Origin: Thermoanaerobaculia bacterium | GTDB lineage: Bacteria > Acidobacteriota > Thermoanaerobaculia > Multivoradales > Multivoraceae | NCBI GenBank assembly: GCA_965116955.1 | Contig: OZ220742.1 | Location: 2,703,516-2,767,515 of the forward strand | Length of the DNA: 64,000 bases | Direction of reading: 5' to 3' | Part shown: positions 28,615 to 37,653 of the stretch, one piece after another | Layout: every line of letters begins with the position of its first letter | Numbering within the stretch: position 1 is the first letter of the stretch | Notes under the pieces: model-generated | What the model was told of the DNA's origin: nothing | Databases searched by the model: none | The model's input: only the letters and a program-made list of their open reading frames with translations | Position numbers and translations under genes: made by a program

Positions 28615-29836
28615 CGTTCCAGGACGTCCAGACCCAGACCTTGAAGGTGTCGGTGCCGAACTCGTCCGCGTTGTACTGCGCCAGCTTGATGCCGAAGTCC
28701 TGCTTCCAGGGCGTGTTCCAAACCGCCATCGCGTCGATCTCGGTGCCGTAGTCCAAGCTGCCGACCGCGGAGCGGAACTGGTGCCAGCGAAGCGTCCAGT
28801 TCCAGGTGTCGAGGTTGTGGTCCAGCCGGAGGTAGACGTCGACCAGGCCGTTCGCAGGGGTGCCCAGGAACTTGTCGGTCCAGCCGTTGAAACCGTGGAG
28901 CGTCGCCAGCGGCGTGCGGAAGCCGTACGTTCCGTCGCCATCGAGGGCTTCGCGCACCGCGCGCATGCTGATGTCGCCGCGCGTGAAGCCGATCCCGGTC
29001 TTCTGGTAGTCGAGGTCGACGCTGCCCGGATGGTCCGCCCAGTCCGACTGGACCGCGTACTGGAGTTCCCAGAGAACGGAGGCCGCGCCGGCGTCGTGGG
29101 AGCCGTTGTAGCTGGCGCCCCAGTTGGACGTCGAGTTGGCCGCGGCGCCGGGTCGCTCGTAGTCCAGCAGGTAGCCGAACAGGGCCAGGTTGCCGGGTCC
29201 TGCCGGACCGGAGACGTAGATCACGTGCGAGCCCATCGGTTCCTCGGCACCGGTGATCCGGTGGGCGCGGTCGAGGAACGCGTAGCGAAGGGACCAGTCG
29301 GCGCGCAGCTTCGCGTCGAGGGCGGCCGCGTCGAAGGCCTGGTGGTGCTGGCGCCAGCCGACCGCGCCGACGAAGCGCTGGTCGCCGATCAGAAGTTCCG
29401 TCCGGCCCAGCGTGAAGGCCACCGGCCCGCGCTCCAGCTTCGCCGCGGCCTGGTTGATCGCCGTGAGCGCTGGATCGGCGATGACCGGACGGTCGCGGAC
29501 GCCGTTGTCGAGACTGCCGTAGCCGAGGTTGCGGTAGCTACTGTCGCTGCCGACCGGGGTCACGTCCTCCGCCTCCAGCAGGAACGAGAAGCCGCGGAAG
29601 GGCTTCGTCTGCAGCTTGAGGGTCGTCCGCAGCGTCGAAGCGAGCGCCGCGCTGTCGAACGCATCGTCGTCGGATTGCTCGACGCGGTAACGGAGACCGA
29701 CCGAAACGTCCGCGTCGCGGATCGCCTCTCCAAGGGTCCCCGGCTCCTGAGGAACGTTCTCCTCGTCGCCTTGCGCGAGACCGGGCGAAGTGCCGAGGGT
29801 TGCGCTCAGCGCCAGCGGAATCAGACACTTGCGCAT
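28586..29836 (-). CDS. Alginate-export-family outer-membrane beta-barrel porin.
   Basis: The protein has a signal peptide and alternating amphipathic beta-strands rich in aromatics. It is similar in length and ends to AlgE-like porins (RYRVE..., ...WTSWNVSLR). Confidence 0.65.
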   Translation of the reverse strand: MRKCLIPLALSATLGTSPGLAQGDEENVPQEPGTLGEAIRDADVSVGLRYRVEQSDDDAFDSAALASTLRTTLKLQTKPFRGFSFLLEAEDVTPVGSDSSYRNLGYGSLDNGVRDRPVIADPALTAINQAAAKLERGPVAFTLGRTELLIGDQRFVGAVGWRQHHQAFDAAALDAKLRADWSLRYAFLDRAHRITGAEEPMGSHVIYVSGPAGPGNLALFGYLLDYERPGAAANSTSNWGASYNGSHDAGAASVLWELQYAVQSDWADHPGSVDLDYQKTGIGFTRGDISMRAVREALDGDGTYGFRTPLATLHGFNGWTDKFLGTPANGLVDVYLRLDHNLDTWNWTLRWHQFRSAVGSLDYGTEIDAMAVWNTPWKQDFGIKLAQYNADEFGTDTFKVWVWTSWNVSLRSAGGR

Positions 29837-29930
29837 GATCGGGTTGGCTAGTCGAGGGAAAAGAAGGTGGAGTCGGCTGAGGCCGTCGGCAGTATAACCG
29901 CCGGCTGAGGTGGCCTCCGGCGCGCCGCTC

Positions 29931-31751
29931 TCACTCGGCCGGCGGGCCGCCGACCCAGATCGGCGACGACCAGGCGCGTTCCTGGATCGTCGCTTGCAGC
30001 TCGGGCCGGGGTGCGACGCCGGCCTTGATCGCGTCCCAGGTCGACCAACGGCACGTCGGGTTCTCCAGCGCCCGGAGGTAGTAGAAGGCGTGCTGGCCGG
30101 CTTCGAATCCCGGGTCTTGCCAGAGGGCGACGAGTTCCGAGGCTCCCTTGTCCGGCGTGATGCTGCAGTCGGAGAGATCGACCTCGGCGCCGTTGTCGGG
30201 GCAGCGATGGGTTTCGGGATCGGGAGTCAGGCCATCAGAGCACGCAACGTCGAACACCTGTTCCATCGCCTGCCCATCGTCGCTCCAGCCCTTGATCATC
30301 TGCACTCGCTGCAGCGGCGTGCCGAGCGGATCCTGGAGTGCCCAGACGAGGAAGCGGGGAGAGGCGGCACCGTCCGAGCCGGCCGGCAGTTCGCCGCCCA
30401 TCGGCACGCCTTCGGCGTAGGCGATGTCGACCGCGTCGTCGCGCTCGACCAGATCGTCCGGGTAGACGCCGGCAAAGAAACGGACGACGATCCGTGGGCC
30501 GCTGGTGGCGAAGGTTTCCTTGCGGCGGAACGCTCCGTAGATCGACTCTCGGGTGTTCTCCTCCGCCCAGACGCCGGCGAGGCCGGAGGCGCTCCAGGTC
30601 TTGTAGTAGGTGTCGTTGTAGGCCGTCACGCCCTCGTCCGAGGCGATCGGCACGGAGCCGCGGAGTTCCGCCGTCGCATCCAGGATGCCGACCTTGGCGA
30701 CGAAGTTCGATTCGTCTAGGGAAGCTCCGCCGTTGTGCGTGTCGCTGGCGCCAACCAGGCCGAAACGGTAGGGGTTGACGCCCCGCTCTGCCTGGAGCCT
30801 GAGCCCGCGCAGGTAGGCGTCGCGGGCGTAGGAGCCGCGCGGCCTCGACTTGTTCCACTGGGCGATCCGGTAGGGCATGATCTCGAAGTCGGCCCACTCG
30901 TCGTTCGGCGACAGGAAGGGGTGGGTGTCGGAGGTGCCCTTGACCTGGGTGACCTCGACCAGGGGCTCGTTCCGCATCCTGGTCTCGGCGTAGGCGGCGT
31001 CGATCGGCTCGCCCGCGAAGTTCACGAGCTGGAACATGTGGCCGTCCGAGCCGTTCGAGTTGTGGGGGATCGCGAGGGCTTCGATGCCGCGCGATCGGAG
31101 ATCGTCCATCCAGGCCCAGAGGTCTTCGGGGTTGATCGAGTCAGTGCGTCCGTACGGGTAGTCCGGCACCGCGTCGCCCCTGAAGATCACGTTGCGGTGC
31201 AGGTTGCCGCGATCGCGGCTCGAGGTGTACTCGTAGGCGGGGAAGGTGGTGAAGTTCCCGGGGTCGTTGTGCCGTTCGGCCGCCTCGACCGTCCGCTTCC
31301 AGGCGGAGCGGATGACGTCCACGTCGCGATGCTCCCGCACGTACGCCCCGCTGCGGAAGGCGCGCCGCTTCTCCGCAATCGTGCGGGCCTGCGTGAAGTC
31401 GGCCGCCCGCTCGAGCTTCGACAACGGGTGGTCCGGCTGCGACATCGCCTCCAGCATGCCCAGGTAGTTGGCGTGGTCGGTAACCGCCAGGAAGTCCAGC
31501 GGACGGTCGAGCTGTAGGTCGAAGCCGCCGGGATGCTCGATCGCCTTGCCCTTGGCGAACTCGTAGGCGTCGTCCGGCGTGCTGCGGGTGCCGAAGATGA
31601 AGGCGTCGAACGAGTAGCGGGTGTGGACGTGCAGATCGCCGAACAGGGCCCTCCGGTCGGACTCCTCGGCAATCGCGGCGGGAGCTCCGCAGAGCATCAG
31701 GAGGATCGTGGTTCCCAGAGTTCCGGTTGAGTTGGCCAGCACCTTCCGCAT
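29931..31751 (-). CDS. DUF3604-family (PHP-fold-like) secreted protein. The start was taken at the internal Met, which is preceded by an AGGGAGG SD.
   Basis: After MRKVLAN... and a signal peptide comes GDLHVHTRYSFDAF (PHP His-x-His), plus LAVTDHANYLG and ASDTHNGGAS. It is cotranscribed upstream of the porin. Confidence 0.7.
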   Translation of the reverse strand: MRKVLANSTGTLGTTILLMLCGAPAAIAEESDRRALFGDLHVHTRYSFDAFIFGTRSTPDDAYEFAKGKAIEHPGGFDLQLDRPLDFLAVTDHANYLGMLEAMSQPDHPLSKLERAADFTQARTIAEKRRAFRSGAYVREHRDVDVIRSAWKRTVEAAERHNDPGNFTTFPAYEYTSSRDRGNLHRNVIFRGDAVPDYPYGRTDSINPEDLWAWMDDLRSRGIEALAIPHNSNGSDGHMFQLVNFAGEPIDAAYAETRMRNEPLVEVTQVKGTSDTHPFLSPNDEWADFEIMPYRIAQWNKSRPRGSYARDAYLRGLRLQAERGVNPYRFGLVGASDTHNGGASLDESNFVAKVGILDATAELRGSVPIASDEGVTAYNDTYYKTWSASGLAGVWAEENTRESIYGAFRRKETFATSGPRIVVRFFAGVYPDDLVERDDAVDIAYAEGVPMGGELPAGSDGAASPRFLVWALQDPLGTPLQRVQMIKGWSDDGQAMEQVFDVACSDGLTPDPETHRCPDNGAEVDLSDCSITPDKGASELVALWQDPGFEAGQHAFYYLRALENPTCRWSTWDAIKAGVAPRPELQATIQERAWSSPIWVGGPPAE

Positions 31752-31882
31752 GTTGGTGACCTCCCTTCGCTTGGTTTCGTCGATTGATCTACGGCAACCC
31801 ACAATACGCCAGCTTCGTTCGGGTACACTTACTGAGCACAGACCAAGGATCCGAGCCAGCGAGCGAACCGGAGACCAGAATC

Positions 31883-33214
31883 ATGAAGACCGCGACCTCT
31901 CGTCCCATCCTGCTCATGCTCGTCGCCGCCGTCGCCGTTCCCGGCTTCGGTCTGGCCGCCGACGCGGACACGCCGACGTTCTACGCCGACGTCCTGCCGG
32001 TTCTGCAGGAGAACTGCCAGACCTGCCACCGGCCGGAAGGCGAGGGCGAGAACATCGGCGGCATGATCGCGCCGATGCCGCTGATGACGTACCAGCAGAC
32101 CCGGCCCTGGGCGCGATCCATCGCGCGCGCGGTCGAGAATCGCTCGATGCCGCCCTGGTTCGCGACCGAGGCGACCCGCGGGCAGTTCCACCATGAGCGG
32201 GTCATGTCGGACGACGAGATCGAGACGGTCCTCGCCTGGGTCCGCGCCGGCTCGCCCGCCGGCGACGCGGCCGCCGCGCCGCCGACGAAGAAGTTCGTTG
32301 AGGAGGGCTCCGGCGGCTGGTCGCTTGGGCGCCCGGACTTGGTCGTTGCGATGCCCGAGGAGTACTGGGTGGCCGACGACATCGCCGACATCAACATCAA
32401 CTTCGAGACGGAGCTCACCGAGGAGATGCTCCCCGAACCCGTCTGGGTGCGCGGCGTCGAGTTCAAGGTCGGCGGAAGCGATGTCCATCACATGTGCGCC
32501 AGCGTTCGGCCTCCGGGCGGCGCGACGGCGCTCGGCAAGTTCAGCGACAGCTCGCTGGGCTGCATCGCGCTCGGCGCCGAGAGCCACCTGATGGAGCCCG
32601 GCTACGCGATGAAGCTCGAACCCGGATCGACGATCGAGTTTTCGATGCACTACAACAAGGAGGCCGGCGAGGGCAGCGGTTTCCATGACCGCTCCGAGAT
32701 CGGCTTCGTCTTCGCCGATTCCCCGGAGAGCGAACTGCGCGAGGTCAAGTTCGACTCGATCGGCAACCTGACGTTCGAGATTCCACCCCGCCACGAGCGC
32801 TGGAAGGTCGGCGCGGCACGGGTTTTCCCGGTCGAGACCGACATCCTGGCCCTGTGGCCGCACGCCCACCTGCGGTCGGTGGCGGTGCGCTACGACGCGT
32901 ACTACCCGGACGGCACGACCGAGGTCCTGCTCGACGTGCCGAACTACGACCAGGAATGGCAGACGACCTACCAGTACAAGAAGCCGAAGACGATTCCCGC
33001 CGGCACTCGGGTCGAGGTTTCGATGTGGTTCGAGAACACGCCCGAACGCGGCGAGGAGCGCGGCTTCGATCCGGCGGACAACGTGATCAACGGTACGGCG
33101 ACGACCGACGAGATGATGCTCGGCTTCGTGGCCTGGGCGCCGGTTGAGCCGGTCGATCCGATCGCGCTCCGCCTCGGAGTCGCCTCGATTCAGAGCACCG
33201 GCGGCGGGGAGTAG
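31883..33214 (+). CDS. Cytochrome c domain fused to a copper type II ascorbate-dependent-monooxygenase-like (PHM/DBH-like) domain, secreted.
   Basis: After a signal peptide comes heme motif CQTCH plus PPWF. The fused domain shows DVHHMCASV and FSMHYNKE (CuH-site His-His..His spacing like PHM HHM...VHYG), then ALWPHAHLR (H-x-H) and TDEMMLGF (Met ligand, as in PHM DEM). Confidence 0.7.
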   Translation: MKTATSRPILLMLVAAVAVPGFGLAADADTPTFYADVLPVLQENCQTCHRPEGEGENIGGMIAPMPLMTYQQTRPWARSIARAVENRSMPPWFATEATRGQFHHERVMSDDEIETVLAWVRAGSPAGDAAAAPPTKKFVEEGSGGWSLGRPDLVVAMPEEYWVADDIADININFETELTEEMLPEPVWVRGVEFKVGGSDVHHMCASVRPPGGATALGKFSDSSLGCIALGAESHLMEPGYAMKLEPGSTIEFSMHYNKEAGEGSGFHDRSEIGFVFADSPESELREVKFDSIGNLTFEIPPRHERWKVGAARVFPVETDILALWPHAHLRSVAVRYDAYYPDGTTEVLLDVPNYDQEWQTTYQYKKPKTIPAGTRVEVSMWFENTPERGEERGFDPADNVINGTATTDEMMLGFVAWAPVEPVDPIALRLGVASIQSTGGGE

Positions 33215-33224
33215 GTAGGCGGGA

Positions 33225-33893
33225 ATGACCGGTTTGCGCGGGCGGCGGCTGCCTTCGGTCGCCGCCGTCCTGCTGTTCTCGGCAGCGGCGTTTGCGGCGC
33301 CGGCGGCGAGTCAGTTCGCCGAGACCGCCGAAGTCATCGAGAAGCCCTCGAAGGAGGGTGAGGGCCGCAAGCTCGACGCGTCCGGACTGACCAACGCCTT
33401 CAAGCTACTGGTCGCCGCGACGCGTTCGATCGACAAGGCCGAGATCGGCGGCGGCATGGTCGAGGTGAACGCCGGCAGGCTGCCGCTCCTCGGCGTGGAC
33501 TGGGAGGCGTTGCAGGAACACGAACAGGGCCTCTTCGAGTTTCAGACCGCGGCCGCGATCAAGCTGCGCACGGAGGCCGACATCGTGGTCGGTGAACTCG
33601 AGGTGCCGGCCGGCAACGTCTCGCCCGGTTTCGCGGGTCTCTACAGCCTGTGGCTCCATCTGGACGACGATGGCCAGTGGGTGCTGATCGTGAACCACGA
33701 ACCCGATGTCTGGGGCACGATGCACGATCCGGCAAAGGACCTGGGCGAGACCCGGCTGGAGCACTCCGTTGTCGAGGGCGGGAAGTCGCGGCTGACGATC
33801 GCCATCGAGCCGCCCGAAGGTGACGCTCCCGGGACGCTCAAGCTGTCCTGGGGCGAGCACCTCTGGCAGACGACGGTCTCAGCCGCCGGCTAG
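33225..33893 (+). CDS. Hypothetical secreted protein (222 aa) directly downstream of the cytochrome c-PHM gene.
   Basis: A signal peptide is present. The 11-nt gap to the upstream gene suggests an operon. No motif was recognised. Confidence 0.5.
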   Translation: MTGLRGRRLPSVAAVLLFSAAAFAAPAASQFAETAEVIEKPSKEGEGRKLDASGLTNAFKLLVAATRSIDKAEIGGGMVEVNAGRLPLLGVDWEALQEHEQGLFEFQTAAAIKLRTEADIVVGELEVPAGNVSPGFAGLYSLWLHLDDDGQWVLIVNHEPDVWGTMHDPAKDLGETRLEHSVVEGGKSRLTIAIEPPEGDAPGTLKLSWGEHLWQTTVSAAG

Positions 33894-33934
33894 CAGCGGC
33901 GCGGAGGAGACTGGTTGCAGCGGCGACCCCGCCG

Positions 33935-33951
33935 TCATCCGGCGCGAAGCG
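33935..33951. terminator. Perfect 7-bp GC hairpin CCGGCGC-gaa-GCGCCGG between convergent genes. Possible terminator, though it lacks a clear U-tract.
   Basis: Read directly from the sequence. It lies between the stops at 33893 (+) and 33971 (-). Confidence 0.3.
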
Positions 33952-33970
33952 CCGGCTTCCCGACACTCTG

Positions 33971-35236
33971 CTAGCCGGTGGCCAGCGGTGTGATCGGTCT
34001 CGCGCCGAGTACGGGCGCGCGCAGGCCGAACGCGACCAGTGCCCCCAGGAGGCAGGTGGTCGCCATGATCGAGAAGGTCAGGACGTGGGAGCCCGACCAG
34101 TCGGAAAGCATGCCGGCGAGTGTGGGGGCGGCGGGGGCGATGACGCCGGTGATGGCGAAGCGGATGCCGACGGTGGTGCCGAAGGCCCGGCGGCCGTAGA
34201 ACGCCGAGTAGGTGACGGGGATGCAGACGTAGGCGGCGCCGAAGCCAAGGCCGACGAGGATGACGGAGAGGTAGGCCAACAGGGTCGTCTCGGCGAAGAT
34301 CAGTCCGGCGCAGCCGAGTCCCTCGACGAGCAGCACGATGCCCAGCAGTGTCTGTGGCGGCATGAAGTCGCCGAGGAAGGCGCTGAATCGGCCGAACAGA
34401 CTGACCAGTACCCGTGCGCCGAGAATCGAGCCGGCGACGGCGAGGGTGAAGCCCAGCGATTCCAGGTGGTCTCGGCCGAAGACGCTGATGATGCCCCACG
34501 GAACGCCGTAGGCGATCGACAGGCCGACCAGGAGGTAGAACTGGGACGTTCTGAGAGCGAGCGGCGCGGTCCATTCGCCCTGGCCGGTGGGACCGCGTTG
34601 ATCTTCGAGTTCCGCGTCGCCGGCGGCGGGGCCACCGTCCGGTTCCTGGCCGACCTTCTCGGGTGTGCCGCGGACGAACAGCGCGGCGATCACACCGACG
34701 GTCGCCGAGATGCCGGCGATGATCACCCAGCCGGTGCGCCAGTCGGCCAATCGGAGGATCTCCGGTGCGAAGTACTTGTTCACGCCGAAACCGACGACGG
34801 CGCCGCCGCCAAGCACCAGAGCGATGGCCCTCGAACGCGAGCGGACGAACCAGTTCGAGGCGAGGGTCTGGGCGGGCAGAATGGTCGCCAGGCCGATCGC
34901 GATTCCACCGAGGACTCCATACGCGAACAGGCAGTCGGCGAAGGAGTCGGCCCGGCTCATGAGCCAGAAGGCCACCACCGCGATCGCGGAGCCGGGCACC
35001 ATCACCGACCGGATTCCGAAGCGGCCCATGGCGATGCCGACCAGGGGGCCGAGCAGGTGGTAGATGTAGCTGAAGACGCTGAAGACAAGGCCGCTCTGGG
35101 TGTCGTTCAGGCCCAGATCCCGCTGCATCTCCGGCAGGAAGAGGCCCCACGAGTAGTACATCGGCGAGATGCCGAAGCCGTAGCAGAGCGAGCCGACGCC
35201 GACGATCCACCAACCGATGAACGGACGCTTGGTCAT
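33971..35236 (-). CDS. MFS-family transporter.
   Basis: The 421 aa protein has 12 predicted hydrophobic spans, with an MFS-type loop motif GIAMGRFGIRSVM and a central cytoplasmic loop. Confidence 0.8.
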   Translation of the reverse strand: MTKRPFIGWWIVGVGSLCYGFGISPMYYSWGLFLPEMQRDLGLNDTQSGLVFSVFSYIYHLLGPLVGIAMGRFGIRSVMVPGSAIAVVAFWLMSRADSFADCLFAYGVLGGIAIGLATILPAQTLASNWFVRSRSRAIALVLGGGAVVGFGVNKYFAPEILRLADWRTGWVIIAGISATVGVIAALFVRGTPEKVGQEPDGGPAAGDAELEDQRGPTGQGEWTAPLALRTSQFYLLVGLSIAYGVPWGIISVFGRDHLESLGFTLAVAGSILGARVLVSLFGRFSAFLGDFMPPQTLLGIVLLVEGLGCAGLIFAETTLLAYLSVILVGLGFGAAYVCIPVTYSAFYGRRAFGTTVGIRFAITGVIAPAAPTLAGMLSDWSGSHVLTFSIMATTCLLGALVAFGLRAPVLGARPITPLATG

Positions 35237-35294
35237 CGGGGTGCCTTGATCGTCTCAGGCTGTCCGTTTCACCATCTTCGCTTGACTCACCGGG

Positions 35295-36890
35295 CTACTG
35301 CCCGCGAATCGCTTCCAGCCGGTCGTTGATCTTCCGTTCCAGCGCGGTTCCCGTCTTCACTTCGTCACCGAGTTCGAGATACGCCTGCTTCTTGCCCTCG
35401 AATCGCGGCCAGGCGGGCCGGCCGCCGCCGTTCGGGTCACCGGTGCGGGCGAACTGGACCCAGTAGTCGATCATCAGCTCTGCCAGCCGGTCGTCCGTCT
35501 CGTCGTAGTTCTCGCCCCGGAGCGTATTGAAGACGTAGCCCAGTTCCGCCGCGTGGTGGGCGCCCCAGGCGGGGTTCTCCGGGTTCACGCGGGTGAAGAA
35601 GTACTGGTAGGCCGGCGAGGACACGTTGTCCATGCCGAGCAGCATCCTGCGGGTGCCGCGCAGGAACCACGTGTCGGTGATGAAGCGGTCCTGCTGCACC
35701 TTGAGTTCGTCGGCGTTCGACGACGGATACAGCTCCGCGACTGCCTCGGCGTGGTCGCCGTAGACGCCCCTCAGCGTTTCGAGGAACTGCGCCCGGTCGG
35801 CGAGCGGCTGGAACGACATGAACATCGTCCCCTCGTTGCGGTTCGTGCCGGCCATCAGGGGGATGTCGTTCTGCTTGCCGGCGGAGTACCGGTCTTCGCT
35901 CGACTCGGGCATGAACGCGGTGCCGTAGGTGATGTGCGGCTCGTAGGCGCCCGGTTGCCCGGCCTGGGGCGTCTTCGTGATGATCGTCTGAGGGTCGAGG
36001 GACCGCAGGGCTTTCGCTGTTTGCTCGCCATCGCCGAGGAGCGCGTTCGCCCAGGCGACGCCGACCTCTTCGGCACTGGCATGCATGCCGTTCGCTCCTT
36101 CGAGCGGGCGGATGTTGGTGTCCGTGATCCATGGGCTCTCGGCGATCGCACGGTCGATGAGCCCGGCAGCCAGCGGGCTCGCCATCAAGGCATGGACGCT
36201 CGTGCCGCCCGCGGACTCGCCGAAGATCGTCACGTTCCCGGGATCCCCGCCGAACTGGGCGATGTTCCGCTCGACCCACTGGAGCGCCGCGATCTGGTCG
36301 AGGAAACCGTAGTTGCCGGACTCGCCGCCGGACTCCCTGGAGAGCGCGGGGTGGGCGAGGTAGCCGAGGGGTCCGAGCCGGTAGTTGATCGAGACCAGGA
36401 CGACGCCCCTGGCGGCGAACGCGGATCCCTCGTAGGTCGCTTCGTTGCTCCAGCCGAGGCTCAGGCCCCCGCCATGGATCCAGACCATCACCGGCCGCGG
36501 GTCGTCGCCGTCGCGATGCGTAGTCCAGACGTTCAGGAACAGGCAGTCCTCGGAGGTTTCGGGCAGGGCCGCGCCGGTCATCATCGCCAGGACCGGACTC
36601 TGCGGGCAGATGGCGCCGAACTCCGTGGCGTCGCGCACGCCGCTCCACTTCGATGCGGGTTGCGGCGCCTTCCAGCGCAGTTCGCCGACCGGCGCCGCCG
36701 CGAAGGGGATGCCTCGGTAGACCGTGAGGCCACTGTCCGCATCGAGAACCTCGCCCTGCAGCTCGCCGGACCCGGTCTTGACTACGGTGTCGTCGGTACC
36801 GGCGCCAAGCGTTGTGGCAACGAACAGGAGCGTGGGGACCAGGCTGACGGTCCAGCGGACTCGGTTTCTGCGGCAGCGGATCTCGGCCAT
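35295..36890 (-). CDS. Type-B carboxylesterase/lipase (para-nitrobenzyl esterase-like), secreted.
   Basis: The catalytic Ser motif is GESAGG (..FGESAGGTSV), with an oxyanion segment HGGGL and an acylation-site Glu. A GGAGG SD lies before the ATG at 36890. Confidence 0.85.
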   Translation of the reverse strand: MAEIRCRRNRVRWTVSLVPTLLFVATTLGAGTDDTVVKTGSGELQGEVLDADSGLTVYRGIPFAAAPVGELRWKAPQPASKWSGVRDATEFGAICPQSPVLAMMTGAALPETSEDCLFLNVWTTHRDGDDPRPVMVWIHGGGLSLGWSNEATYEGSAFAARGVVLVSINYRLGPLGYLAHPALSRESGGESGNYGFLDQIAALQWVERNIAQFGGDPGNVTIFGESAGGTSVHALMASPLAAGLIDRAIAESPWITDTNIRPLEGANGMHASAEEVGVAWANALLGDGEQTAKALRSLDPQTIITKTPQAGQPGAYEPHITYGTAFMPESSEDRYSAGKQNDIPLMAGTNRNEGTMFMSFQPLADRAQFLETLRGVYGDHAEAVAELYPSSNADELKVQQDRFITDTWFLRGTRRMLLGMDNVSSPAYQYFFTRVNPENPAWGAHHAAELGYVFNTLRGENYDETDDRLAELMIDYWVQFARTGDPNGGGRPAWPRFEGKKQAYLELGDEVKTGTALERKINDRLEAIRGQ

Positions 36891-37050
36891 GTTGCCTCCG
36901 GGGTTGGGTCCAGGTCGTGTGAACGGGGAGGCGACTCTACACGGCTGGTCCATCGGCGGCCTGCCTCGGGAAGGTCGGCGTTACGCTAGGATCGTCGGCG
37001 TCGGCTTCAGACGACTGTTGCACGTTGGTCACGATGAGGAGAGGATCAGG

Positions 37051-37644
37051 ATGCCGAAGCTCGTGAGAGGGTTGTTCGCGGTTATTGGTCTGTTGCTACT
37101 GGGACTGCACGTTGAGCCCATTCGCGCCGGGGAAGCGGAGGTGCCGGAACGGGCCGGTGCTGCCGGTTCGGTCGCGGCGGCAAGCGAGGACGGTTGCGTC
37201 GAAAGCGCCACGACGCTGTGCCTGCAAGAGGGTCGCTACGAGGTGACGGTCGAGTTCACGGCGAACGGCGAGACGATGCCCGCCAGGGTGGCGAGGCCTC
37301 GCACGGAGGACTCGGGCCTCTTCTACTTCTTCGAGCCGAACAACTGGGAGATGCTGCTCAAGGTACTCGACGGCTGCGGCGTCAACCAGCACCACTGGGT
37401 GTTCGCCGCCACGGCGAGCGATGTCGGCATCCGGCTGGTCGTTCGCGACACGACCCTCCCGGACCAGAATGCCGACGGCACCATGATCGTCAACTCGAGG
37501 ACGTACGACTTCCCGCCGATCACCAGGCGGCCCCAGGGGCCGGACGAGTCCGACGAGGACTACGCGCAGAACGTTCTCGCCAAGGGCCATCCGGCGCTGA
37601 CGGAAGTAGGCGCCTTCCCCGACGCCTGTCCGGCGAGCAGCTAG
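37051..37644 (+). CDS. Hypothetical secreted protein (197 aa).
   Basis: An ATG is preceded by GAGGAGAGGA. The signal peptide is MPKLVRGLFAVIGLLLLGLHVEPIRAG. Cysteine pairs are present. Confidence 0.5.
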   Translation: MPKLVRGLFAVIGLLLLGLHVEPIRAGEAEVPERAGAAGSVAAASEDGCVESATTLCLQEGRYEVTVEFTANGETMPARVARPRTEDSGLFYFFEPNNWEMLLKVLDGCGVNQHHWVFAATASDVGIRLVVRDTTLPDQNADGTMIVNSRTYDFPPITRRPQGPDESDEDYAQNVLAKGHPALTEVGAFPDACPASS

Positions 37645-37653
37645 GAGACGGCG

